This document shows positions 29,099 to 42,456 of a stretch of 64,000 bases of DNA, in pieces; position 1 is the stretch's first letter, and every line of letters begins with the position of its first letter. The notes under the pieces were generated by a model, which was not told the DNA's origin, made no database searches, and saw only the letters and a program-made list of their open reading frames with translations. Source of the DNA: Eledone cirrhosa (taxonomy: Eukaryota); NCBI GenBank assembly GCA_964016885.1, contig OZ024745.1, positions 53,258,001 through 53,322,000 on the forward strand. The letters run 5' to 3'. Both the position numbers and the translations under genes were made by a program.

Positions 29099-31557
29099 TG
29101 CATACCTACATACATGAAGGCAAGCTTGATTTTGTCAAATAATAGTTTCGTAACTGGAACCGAATGGCTAGAATTTGAAAAATGTATCAGAAGAATATAA
29201 ATACAAACAAACAATCTATCATGAATTCTGTAAATATAACTGTTAATTGGATCAGTATGAATAAGCAATATAATCTAAACTTCAGTTTTTTTTTATCATT
29301 TTACTGTCACTGTCTGCATCCCAATGATGAAGCATGCCTTTCCTTGTTTGCAATAATCCCCTTATTTATAAAAATAATTTTAGAAACATATTTGTTAATC
29401 TACATTTGTAGAAAAGTAGTGGCACACACATATAAACAAACATACCTACATACACTGACACATACATATATACGTATATACAGACATACAAACATACAAA
29501 CACACGATCATGCCTACATCCATACGTACGCATATACGTACATACATACATACATACATACATACATACATACATACATACATACATACATACATACATA
29601 CATACATACATACATACATGCATATGCACATTCGTACCCAAGTACGTATATATATATATATATAAATGCATTCAAAGTTTTCCACACTACACTAATTATA
29701 AAGCCTTTCAACATTATCTGGACAAGTGGAAGTCTAGAGTTTATAAGGAAATTAAATAAGAAATAAAATAAGAATAAATCTGAAAATATACTTCAGCTTA
29801 GATTATTCAATGTTAGGAATTGTTTTGATCAACAGTTCAACATGGTAAATGTCTCTTCCTTGTGATGTGAAATATTTTATCATCTTCATTCTCAGACTGA
29901 TGATAATACCAAACAGTTAAATCATTGTCATGAATTCCATAGACTTAATTAGCAAATAGAATTTGATATCGATTTCCGTTTTCCTTTTTTATTTTCTTAC
30001 CGTTTCCCCCTTCTTTAATCTATGAGCACTATTGAAATGACTTTGTAATAATTTAGGCCAAAAATAAATTTGATTTTTATTATCATCACCATCTCCGCCG
30101 TCGACGCCACCACCACAGCCATCATTAAGCCCACGAGCCTTCGTATCACCAACGTCACCACCGCCATCAGCACCACCACCAATGATAACAAGGCGAACAC
30201 TAATACCACCACTAACACCACCACTAACAATAACAACAACAATAACAACAACAACAGCAACTACACCAGTACCGCCACCAACACTAACATCCCAACTATT
30301 CTGATTATCATATTAGCAGTCAAAATCCTCATTGTCCCCGTCATCAATATGTTCATTTCTATCTTAATCATAACTATTTTTAGGTTTGTTCTTATTGTTA
30401 TTGTTGTTGTTTTTGTTGTTTCATAAGTCTTAATGTTGATGGTGGAATTGATGGAGAGTCGAAATAAATGCATTCAGGTACGTTACACCCACCTCGATTT
30501 TCCTTTCCCTGGTTTCTATCCTGTCTTTTAATGTTGGCTGGTTACAATGTGCAGGAAATTTGGGAGAGGTCACGTTTATTGCCATCGAGGAGGCTGAGTT
30601 TTCCGGGAGATTTTCTGACAATTTCCTCCGAATAATATCCCCTATTTCAAGCTATTAAGGACAATTCCTCATTGACATTTAATTGTTTTTCTATTTTTGT
30701 CTGTTTCTTTCTATATTTTCATCTTCATTTTATTGTATAGATATCGATTATGTTGCTTTTCATCTTTATACTGTTCCCAAAGTCTTAAATGTACCACCAA
30801 AGTACTGCGCAATTTATTGAGCCTTTGAGATCAGACACTGCTCGGAGCCCAATTAATGCTTCACCTAGCAACCGATTGCTAGAGAAACCTTTCAAAAAAT
30901 ATTATTATTTTCATTGCTGTTGTTGTACTTCCTTGTTTGTGTCAAGGCAGTACATTACGTAGGAGAAGATGGATATTTTATCGTTTAGGAAGTGTATGCA
31001 TATGTTGTTCTATTTGTGATTTTAATAATTAAGTCATTCTGAGAAATGTTGAGTATATTTTCACTAAATTACATGAAAGTGGATGTTTTCTGACAATTTA
31101 TGCTTCCTTCTGCTGATATATTATAAATAATGATGTCTACAACAAGAAAAAGATCTTACGTCCTCCCAAAAAATAGAGCTAAAACTATTGGAAAACCAGA
31201 CAGTTGCAACAGAATTAATGTAAGTGTGCTTCCTTATCACAAGATGCTACTTCAGTTAAAGATTATCTTTATTAGTCGAGATAAAGCTTACATTGCCTGT
31301 ATATGAAGTTACTAGGAATGAAGATGAAGTAACTAAATACGCTGAACAGTTTGGATATACAATAATCGAAGCGTAGATGAAGTAATGAAGAAACTGTTCA
31401 TAGGTCAGCTGAAAACACCTTGGAAGGGAACCAACATCTAACATCAAGAGTGGACAACATCAGTACCGAACGCAGAAATCAGCTGCTTTCATTATTGCTG
31501 TAGGATTGAGAATATCAGCCAGGATGTGGATATTGTTGAAAGCCACACACACATGTG

Positions 31558-31603
<46 letters not shown>

Positions 31604-31630
31604 CATATATATATATATATGTATATATAC

Positions 31631-31723
<93 letters not shown>

Positions 31724-31750
31724 CATATATATATATATATGTATATATAC

Positions 31751-31831
<81 letters not shown>

Positions 31832-32027
31832 TATATATATATGTACATATATATATGTATATATACATATATATTTATTAATATATATATACAATTGCAT
31901 ATGTGTACGTATGAGTGTAAGCAAATTATAGCCTTGTATTCAATAAATGAATGTATTTAAGAAATTTGATGGTATATATATATATATATATATATATATC
32001 CTTTTCCTATCTCATTCTCTCTCTCTC

Positions 32028-32159
<132 letters not shown>

Positions 32160-33195
32160 TCTCTCGCTCTTACTTACATACACAAACGCAAAACGCACAT
32201 ATGCCTATGTTCACATACATCAAATTGTGTATAAATGACGTATATATAATCAATATATTGTTGTACGAATGTATATACGTGTGTACGCACATATATATAT
32301 GTATAGAGTATTAGGAAATATCAATGTTCACTAATCTCATTAGAATATTTACCTACATGAAAATTATATATTATGAACTTATGATATTATATTCAAGGTT
32401 TATTGTCTTGGCGTGGATTGTAGTCTGTTGTGACAATAGAATTTGTATGATGTAGATCTATAATTATTTTCCACTGTCTGGCCGGGGTGTGCATAATAAG
32501 TACATAGTAGAAGCTATGTGATTTATGCGATGTATAAATTTATATTATATTCATATATGTGTGTGTGCGATTGTTTGTGTGTGTGTCAATATGTGTGTGT
32601 TTATGTGTGAGTGTGTGCATATATATATTGTTTATGTGTGAGTGTGTGCGTATATATATTCATACATACACAAACACAAACACACACGCACACAAATATA
32701 TATATTACTTTGTTGAAGATAGATGCTCTGTGTGTAAAGATTGCTTTATTATGCTATATAGACAATATCTCCGGTGATATGGTACTAATTAATAAAGACA
32801 ATTGAAAGTAGTATCACTAGACCTTCGAGACAAATCTGACGCTTCATTTAGTTCATTTTTCTAATCTTGTGAGACAAAGCCCACCGAGTTCTCCTTTTTT
32901 TACGGGGATTTTAAAATAAGAGCAAGTAATTTAGTAGATATGTACTATATCAAACCGCTGCTTTAAGCCATATATTTTGGTAACGTCGTATTCTAGATTA
33001 GGTTCTCTTTACATTCTATCCAAGCATTGGAAAGCAAGAATTCGCGGCTATAAACAAACAGAACATTCCTAGTCAAACATATCTAATAAGTAGTATAACT
33101 CGATACTAAAAATACCATTACTTCACTCTGTTGTATCAAACCTAAAAGTATATAGACAGACACATTAGCCTCAGACTTATTGGCCCTAAAATGCC

Positions 33196-33296
<101 letters not shown>

Positions 33297-33708
33297 GAAG
33301 TGAGAAAGAGACATAGAGAAATAATTATCCCAGCTCTGGATTGGTACTTTATTTAACGTACTTTGATTTATTTCATCTCAACCTCACCAGTGATTACCAC
33401 CCACGTGATCTAGCCAATGTAATTTAAAATTTAAAAAAAGTCTTCTTCTCAAAAAGAAAGATAAACAGACCTTCTTCAACACTTAATTTTAAATTTTTTA
33501 TTCTTTTTAATTGTAATATTCAACATTTGATAAGAGTGATTACACCAATACATTGAAACCGGATATATTTTATATACATTATAAAACTGCTTTTCTTTTT
33601 AATTGTTCCTCTCAATTTTTCAAAAATGTAACTTTGACGGATCAAAGAAGAAAAACAGAAAAACAGATCCTTCAAATATATTTTCTGTAGTGTTTTCAGT
33701 TCCACTTT

Positions 33709-33774
<66 letters not shown>

Positions 33775-33780
<6 letters not shown>

Positions 33781-33927
33781 ATAAAAATGTCCTTCGTCAG
33801 TGATTTTCCAACCATCATTGGTATTTCATCGCATTAAAAATCAGATACCTCAAGTATCTGATTTTTAATGCGATGAAATACTAATGATGGTTGGAAAATC
33901 ACTGACGAAGGACTATTTTTATCATAT
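33775..33927. repeat. ~75-bp-arm hairpin at the end of a PLE fragment
   Basis: Loop CTCAA at 33849-33853, with few mismatches. Confidence 0.88.
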
Positions 33928-34153
33928 GATTTTAGTATGTAAAATAGCTCCATATTGCATAATCGGCAGTAAGGCTGGCCTGCACGATATGCGGAAGCAC
34001 TAGAGAGTTTTGTCCATTTCAAAGTGTATTGCAGGTTACTTTCGCGCAACTGCCAAATTGTATTGGCTAAGGTAGTTACGGAACGGTATTTGATGTTCTT
34101 CATCGAACTACGGTGTTGGTACCAACGAGATTTAAAAGTGGTAGAGGTACAGC

Positions 34154-34160
<7 letters not shown>
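33915..34160 (-). mobile_element. PLE GIY-YIG fragment of a third type
   Basis: YIGCTSTTFKSRWYQH..TTLANTIWQL..LKW..AYRAGQPYCRLCNME; it begins at (TA)n. Confidence 0.85.
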
Positions 34161-34204
<44 letters not shown>

Positions 34205-34536
34205 CCCTTTGTGTTACTACCTAAGGAAATCTAGATCGCTAACGGTCAGTAAAAAAACATGTTCAATGACAATATATATTTTCACTTGAGGTTGTTGTTG
34301 ATTAAAGAGGCAAACATATACAAGTTTACCAGTTGGTATGATTAAAGGAAGCAAACAAAGATGGCAGCCAATACATGAGAATTGCTGCAATTATTATTCA
34401 GTAAATCATATAGTGTTCTCTACGATAATGGTGCTGATGATGTGGCTGTTACTGTTTGTTTCCTCTCGCTAAACGAATACTGACAAGACATATGGTTTGC
34501 TGTGGACAGACTACGAGTGGTAATGAGGAATAAAGA

Positions 34537-34940
34537 TGATGATGATGATGATGATGATGAGGATGATGATGAGGATGATGATGATGACGATGACGGTGGT
34601 GGTGGTGGTGGTGGTGGTGGTGACCATAGTGTGGGTGGGGGTTTTGGTGTTGATGATGATAATGATAATGATGAATGATAATGATGTTGATGATGATGGT
34701 GGTGGTGATTGTGGTGGTGGTGGTGGTGGTGGTGGTGGTGGTGGTGGTGGTAGTGGTGGTGGTGGTGTCGGTGGAGGTGGTGGTTTCGGTGTTGATGGTC
34801 ATGATAATGATTATAATGATGGAATTATAAGGATGATGATGATGATGATGTAGATGGTAGTGATGGTAGAGCTAGTGGTGGTGGTGGTGGTGGTGGTGGT
34901 GGTGGTGGTGGTGGTGGTGTTGATGATGATGATGTTGGTG
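34537..34940. repeat. (GAT)n/(GGT)n trinucleotide repeats
   Basis: Direct reading. Confidence 0.9.
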
Positions 34941-35415
34941 GCGATGTAGCACCAAAATGACTAAGACAAAGACCCTACGAAAATGAAAATGGTGACCAGC
35001 ATCATCCTCACCATGAAGATGATGACATCAACGATAGCTATGGCGAAAATGGATGCCGTCGACGATGATGCTGATTACGTGGATGATAATAAGTATGTAA
35101 AGGTGATGATGGTGGTAGAAGTGGAGTTGTACTTGGTGTTGTGTTGGCCTTGATTTTGAAGATGGATTCGATGATTGTAGTAGTGAAAATTATGATGATA
35201 TTGAAGATGGTGATTATGTTGAACGTTGTCATTATTTAAATAGGTAGTATTAACTCAGATCTGTATATGATGAATATTCTATTAAATTTAACTGACCCCT
35301 GAGTAAGCTGCTGTTGTACATCATAATACCACCCATCAACGAACTATACACAAGTTTTAAATCTTCTTTAACTGTACGAGAAGTATTTATTTTCATTTTT
35401 GAGCTCATATCGTGA

Positions 35416-35532
<117 letters not shown>

Positions 35533-35639
35533 ATGTCTAAAGTCTGGCTTAAGCCAGAACGCTCATTTGGCTTATTCCGGCAGTCCATCGCAGGGTTCCT
35601 ACACTTAACATAGGACCATTAATTTGAAGGGAGGTAAAA

Positions 35640-35888
35640 GGTGGATTACCTCGACCCCAGTTCGTTACTGGTACATTATTCCGGTTCCATTGCGTGAAGC
35701 GACTGAGAGTATAAGACTTCCCCCTGGAAAGGACGCCAGTCCATCGCATGGTTAAACCCCTGCTATTGCTGGTACTCATTTTCAGCTGAGTATACTGGAG
35801 CAATATGAAATGAAGTGTTTTGCTCAAGAACGGAACACGCAACCCAGGAATCGAACCCACGACAATATGATCGTAAGTCCAACACCCT
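35640..35888 (-). mobile_element. tRNA-headed CORE-type SINE
   Basis: B box GGTTCGATTCC; same body as 7878-8036. Confidence 0.75.
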
Positions 35889-36057
35889 ATATATATAATT
35901 AGTCACACCAGTGACATATGCAGGTACTTACGTTTTATTCTGTTATATATCCCAACTCATTCAGCCTGTTATATAAACAAAACGCTAATTATACTTAACT
36001 CGTTCTTTGGACTGAGTGCTTTTACCCTTGGATATCTCTACCCAACTTTCCCTACAG

Positions 36058-36149
<92 letters not shown>

Positions 36150-36258
36150 TGCGTGAGTGTATGTGTGTGTGTGTGTGTATGTGTGTGTGTAAAGGTAGAA
36201 CACTGAGAGGTAATATCCGTAGTAGTAGATTATTCAGTCCATGGGGCGAGGTTGGTAG

Positions 36259-36406
36259 AAGTAGTAACACAACAGTTAGTTCACCATACCAAGAACAATT
36301 GTTTCACATTATGCGGATCTTCCACTTGGTCTCTGAAATCTGGCTGAAGAGCCGCATAAGGTGAAATAACTGTTCACAGTCTGGTGAACTAACTGTTGTG
36401 TTATTA

Positions 36407-36409
<3 letters not shown>
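36259..36409. repeat. Aged palindrome with a hammerhead-like core (36340-36380 +) and a decayed mirror copy
   Basis: CTGAAGA-GCC-gcataa-GGT-GAAA-taactgTT. The mirror arm keeps GAAACAATTGTT. Confidence 0.6.
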
Positions 36410-36451
<42 letters not shown>

Positions 36452-36511
36452 CTGTACTCAGAAATAGCCGTCGAAAGGGCTTCAGCTGTGCCGTCGGGTC
36501 AAACATGTTCC

Positions 36512-36598
<87 letters not shown>

Positions 36599-36915
36599 GA
36601 CGTAAAATAAGAAAATTATAAAAATTAAGTAATTAGTTTCTGAAAGGGAATAAACATGGTTTCCGAATGGAACACATGGAGAACACCTTTCGTCATCAGG
36701 AAGTCAATACTCAGCTAAGTTCCCATGCGATGCGTGGACACAGGGAACTTATACAAAAATAATTCAGTGGATGGAAAAATCAACTCAGAAATAGCCGTCG
36801 AAACGGCTTGAGCTCTGCCGTCGGTGTCAAACATTTTCCTATTACCCAGTCAACTACCCTAAGTATTGAGTACTCTGGTGCGTTATAGTCCATCTGGTTC
36901 CTTACCACACCTCCT

Positions 36916-37444
36916 TGCTTTCACTCTAATTTATTATAAATTAAATTTATAAATTAAATTTATAAATTTAAGAAATTTGTAAATTTCCGGTTGGTTGGCT
37001 GGTTCCACAACCGGTCGGTTGTTCATATATTGTCAAAGTTCTTTCGTCACACATTCTGTGACCTCTTCAGTGACTGGGGATTATTTTCTTTGTTTTGTCC
37101 CTCTTTTGTACCTCACTGACACAACACACACAAAAACAAGGTGGCGTAGGACAGAACAAAGGAGAGGCACAAAACAAAGAAAAGAATCCCCAGTCACTGA
37201 AGAGGTCACAGAATGTGTGACGAAAGAACTTTGACAATATATGAACAACCATCCGGTTGTGGAACCAACCAACCAACGGGAAATTTACAAATTTCTTAAA
37301 TTTATAAATTTAATTTATAATAGATTGGAGTGAAAGCAACTGGTGCGTGTGTTTCTTATTGGCAACATGGCCCTCCCAAAGTATAACAATATCGGTTTCA
37401 ACACACGTTTTCAGATAAAGAATCTTGCTAAACAAATTCAGAAA

Positions 37445-37447
<3 letters not shown>
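36916..37447. mobile_element. PLE family 2-related pseudo-LTR fold-back with HHRs at 37032-37074(-) and 37193-37235(+) and ORF start at 37367
   Basis: Inverted arms 36916-37338, followed by [27 protein letters not shown] and (TA)n. Confidence 0.9.
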
Positions 37448-37487
<40 letters not shown>

Positions 37488-38794
37488 ACTGTAGATCTAA
37501 TACAATATTTTGCTTTGATTATAAGATCTCCTCCAGCATTTACTTTAAATTGTAGCTTGTCGAGTGTTATAGCATCGTGGTTAATGTTATTAGTATATTA
37601 CAAAATAACATAAAGTAGTTGACTTTATGACGTTCAAATGATTTTACATCTTAGTATGATGTGAATGGTCAATGCCCATAATTTTTGCACTATATATTAA
37701 ACTGACGAAATCTAAAGAGAGGTTGAAGAGGGATGATATCCTCTCGGGTGATACCATTTTCAATGGATCTATTTAGAATTTGAAATCCGATTTCAGATTC
37801 AGCTGGTCGTAATTTTCCCAACCAACGTATCTCTAGCATCCATCCAATCAGCGGTGTGTGGCTTAGTTCGGCACCCTCCCTCACGATGAGTACACCTGCA
37901 ACGTAGTATCAATATCTTATCGATTTCCTTCATTCTACTTCCAGCCTATCCTTAACTGTGCAGTTTTCTGGGGTGATGTATTCCCCTAATCCCGAAAATA
38001 AAGCAATAACATCGTAGATGTTATAGGCTCAAATCTAACATTTTTTTTTTGGGGGGGGGGATAAATTAAATCAATCCCAGTACTTAACTGTTACTTCATT
38101 TTATCAATCTTGGAAGGATGAAAATAAAATTTGACATCGGTGTGATTTGAAATGAGAATGTATTGGAACGTATTTAAATGCTGCAAAGCAATTTGTCCGA
38201 CACCTCACAAAACTGCCCATCACCACTTTTGATAAAATCACAAATAATTGTTCCTACACTTAGCATAAGACCAGCATAAGACCAATTTGAAGGGAAGAGA
38301 AAATTGGATTAACTCGACCCCAGTGCGTAACTGGTATATTATGTTGAAAGGTACATTAAGGATGAAAGGTTAAGCAAATCTCGGCGAGATTTGAATTCAG
38401 AACGTAACTATATGATAGAAAGTATTTATCCGAGGCTCTAACGATACTGTCAATCCACCACTCTTAATCTCTTCATTAACTTTCTACATTAACTTTCATT
38501 ATATTGGTATATTACTAGCATTTATTGTTTTAAAGGCCTGTGAGGGGCTTTCTTTGGATATCTTTGTCAATTCAGACCGTGCAACTTTCAGAGAGCACGA
38601 AGTCTCTAAATCACTATTCACTGACTTCACTTCAATGATTACAGCACGCCTTTCCTTTGCTGAGTCAGCTTGGCATCTATCATTTATCTGAAACGAAATG
38701 ATAACCAGAAATTAGAAAAAAGTTGGAGTTATCAAAGGACGTGTCCTCAAATAACTTAGCAGCCCTGTACATATATATTTGTGTGCATATTTAA

Positions 38795-38901
<107 letters not shown>

Positions 38902-41700
38902 TATGTATGTCTATATAAGATTTTTTACTCGCTCAAAGCACTTGACGTTTTGACTTTTTATATTTTAATTCGAAAATAATTGTTTTTCTCTCTTCAATAT
39001 ATTACGATTTGAATGAAAGTCTACAATACATTTATGGACAAATACCATCAGTTATTTACTTATTTATCATTCTTTATTTGTTTGGTTACTCTTTGTTATA
39101 TTTTCTTTGTTTTTTGTTGGGGTGGGATGTATTTGGTTCGAGTTGCTGCGTTAAAGTCAATTCTCTTTTAGGAAATTAATTTCGTTTCGTTAAATTTAAT
39201 CTAAATAGTGAGAGCATTCAAATAACTAGTTTATATTATATCTATTAATATAAAATAAGATTACATAGATGCGGAATCGAATATTGTTTTTCAATACAAA
39301 TAATCTTTTCATTGTTCTTTCATTGCGTCACCAAGAGAGAGAAAGAAAGAGAGGGAGAGAGAGAGAGAGAGGGGGGTAGAGACTGAAAGACAGGGATAGA
39401 AAGAGAAAAAGAGAGATAGTTTCTGTGAGTATGTTTGGTAGTAAAGATGAAATATCCACGCTAGAAAGAGATTACTAGAATTAAAACTGATGCTAAAATT
39501 AGGGAAAACATATTTATACAGACTTTTGGAATAAAAATTCTATTTAAAGTTTCGAAGTCTTAGAAATGTCGGGAAGTTGTTAGTGAGTAATGTTTTATCG
39601 GAATCCTATACATATCAGGTCATGAGCTTTCGGTGTACTAAAAATTGTATTTCTTTTCTTCTTTTTTTTGTTTCGCTTTCATTGTGTGGATTTGGATAAA
39701 AGAAGCATAATATTAAAAGGTTGCAGATTCTGTTTCCTTAAATAAAGGAGTTACTTGTCTGAAAAAATATTTCTTAATGTTTTGCCACATGACCTTTAGA
39801 GGCATCGTGAAAACGAGCGAACATTTGTATTAATAGTTATTCTATAATTATTTTATTCTGTTTCAATATTTGTATTCAAACAATACATACACGTTTCTTA
39901 TTTCTAAGCTGCCGTCATTAATCGCCTACTGTATTATACTTAAAGATCATTATTCTGTTTCTTAAAGAAAACAGTTCTGTAAACAGAGATATATAAGACG
40001 TATGGAAATATAAAACACAATACAGGATATACAACTGTGGAAACCTTCGTAATATTACGTAATACAATAGTCAACTAAGGTATATTTATTCCGGCCTACT
40101 CATACTATATTTTTATTCACCTCTGACATTGAATAATATAATTTCCTTGAAAACAACTTGCATTTAATTCTGATAAAATGGTTTCGTTACAAGATCTTAC
40201 AATATGTGATGGTCGAGGATAAACAATTATCCACTTACTGGCCATGTAAACTTTTCCACAATTAACTCTTTCCGGTTAGAGTTCTAAATCTTTATCATGG
40301 TTGAAATTTAAGAAGAACATTGATTGAATTATGGACTTCAAGGAGATAAAAAGTAAAGTCGGCTTCGGAACTCAAGAATTCCGCTCAGAACGTAAAGGAA
40401 AGGAAATAAATATCATTACCCGCTTTGTTTCTATTCTTTGCTGCGTAGATCTATTGACCCCAGAAAACTGATAGGCAAAGATGACCTAGACAGAAGAGTA
40501 AAGAACAGGATCAAATTCTAAAGTATACTATCTAACGTTCTAATAACTCAGCCGGTTCACCACTATTCGTTTATACCAAAGAAAAGTATTACATATTTTC
40601 CAGTTATAAATGATATATAAGAGTAAAGTTTATCGGAAAATGACAGTATTAAAATATGATATAAATATTTTTCGTAGTTTAAATAAAACGCTGGTCTATG
40701 TCAAAATGGGACTTCTTAGTATATTAATACTTTAACATATTTGTGAGTATTAGCTTCCATTGTCAGTAGAAACTATTTCATTTTTCGCTTCTAATAGATT
40801 TTGGAGAATGTGAACGTCACATTATCCCGTCACTTCTAATATATCGGTGCCAACCGTCAAGTCAACATAAATTAATCTGTACTCAAGCCTAGTCAAGGTT
40901 CGAACTATACTATAATAGACTCAAGAGTTATGCATATATAAATTACTACACTTACCAACTATGCCAAAAGACACGCCCACCCTAATAAAGGCAACTAATA
41001 AATAATGTTTATTTTTCTGACTTCAGATATTGATCTGTTTGACCTAACGACACCATTATACGTGATCTTTTTCACCGTTAAGATCTTCGACCATTCTCCT
41101 GTTAAATAAGTAGCAATGTTCGGTATCAGGTGTATTATTTTGTTTTTATTGTCATTGTTGTTAGTGGTGGTTGTAGTGGGGAATGAGATAGTAGTAAAAG
41201 GGGAATAAGCGAGATAAATGAAGTTAAGAGTCCCCAAATTCTAACAATTTCGTAATTCATCTTAAAAGAATTTAAACCTCTAACACTTTCAGAATTCGAT
41301 TTCTGCACGGAGAAATTATTTTTTTTATTTTATTTCACCTCATTTTTAATTTTTTTTCAAAAGAGGGAAAAAGACACAAAGGATAAAAGTGTGTTTTCTA
41401 ATGTAATTTACTGAAATTGACGTTTACTGATTACTGCCACCATTTGTTGCTTCTTTCACATGTCGATATTGCTATAATTATTGCTATTGCTATTGTTGTA
41501 GATGGTTTTGATCATGTTATGTTGTTTAGTTTTGTTGTTGTTGTTCTTGTTTTTGTATTTTTATGGCGGGGTGGGGGCCATTTTGTCTATTTTTTTCTGT
41601 CAACATTTTAAAATATGTTACATTAACTTTTAATGCCTCAAAAGTTACTCATGTGAGAAAAGAGACTGTCTGCTTGTTGCTGCCGTTGTTGTGACTGCTG

Positions 41701-41749
<49 letters not shown>

Positions 41750-42409
41750 TTTTGAAGTTGTGATCATAGCAACAAAAGTATTTTGATCTCAGAAGTAAAC
41801 ATTGCTCTTGTAAAACACATAGTAGTTGCCGGCATTTTGAGATTAAACATTAACAAAGCTTCGATGCCATGTTGTCAACAGAGGCTGGCGAATGGCACTA
41901 ATCTTTTGTAACCGAATTAATGGAAGGCATGTGTCGATTTGATTAATGGTTATCGAAACCATAAACTAGCGAGAATAAATAAATAAATAAATATATAAAT
42001 ATATAAATAAATAAATATAATACGAAACGTCATTTGTTTGGAAAATATTATCACGAAGAATTAACATTGTTAATTTTGAAGGGCGGAGAAAAAAATGTAA
42101 TTAGAAATGGAATTGGTCTGCTATTCTAGTTCTTCAATTTGTTCTTCTTTTGTCCCTGACTCATTCATTTCAATTTCACATTCTCTCTATCTTGTTTTTC
42201 TATCTCCATTTCACTCACATGAATTCTTTCATACTGTCTCATTATTATCCTCTTGCACTTCATACTTTATATATGTTTATCCTTTATTTCACATTTGTCT
42301 GTTTCATGTTTCTCATTGTATTTCTTATTCTACCTTGCATGTATAAAGCTGATTTCCCTCTCTGTCTGTATGTATCTTTCAACAACCACTATTTCTCTCT
42401 CTCTCTCTC

Positions 42410-42456
<47 letters not shown>

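Noticed and set aside
30015-30621. Thr/Asn-rich ORFs and the 63-aa ORF (similar ones at 34449-34853 and 61170-61834)
   Set aside because: They are mostly degenerate trinucleotide repeats with no recognisable domain or splice support.
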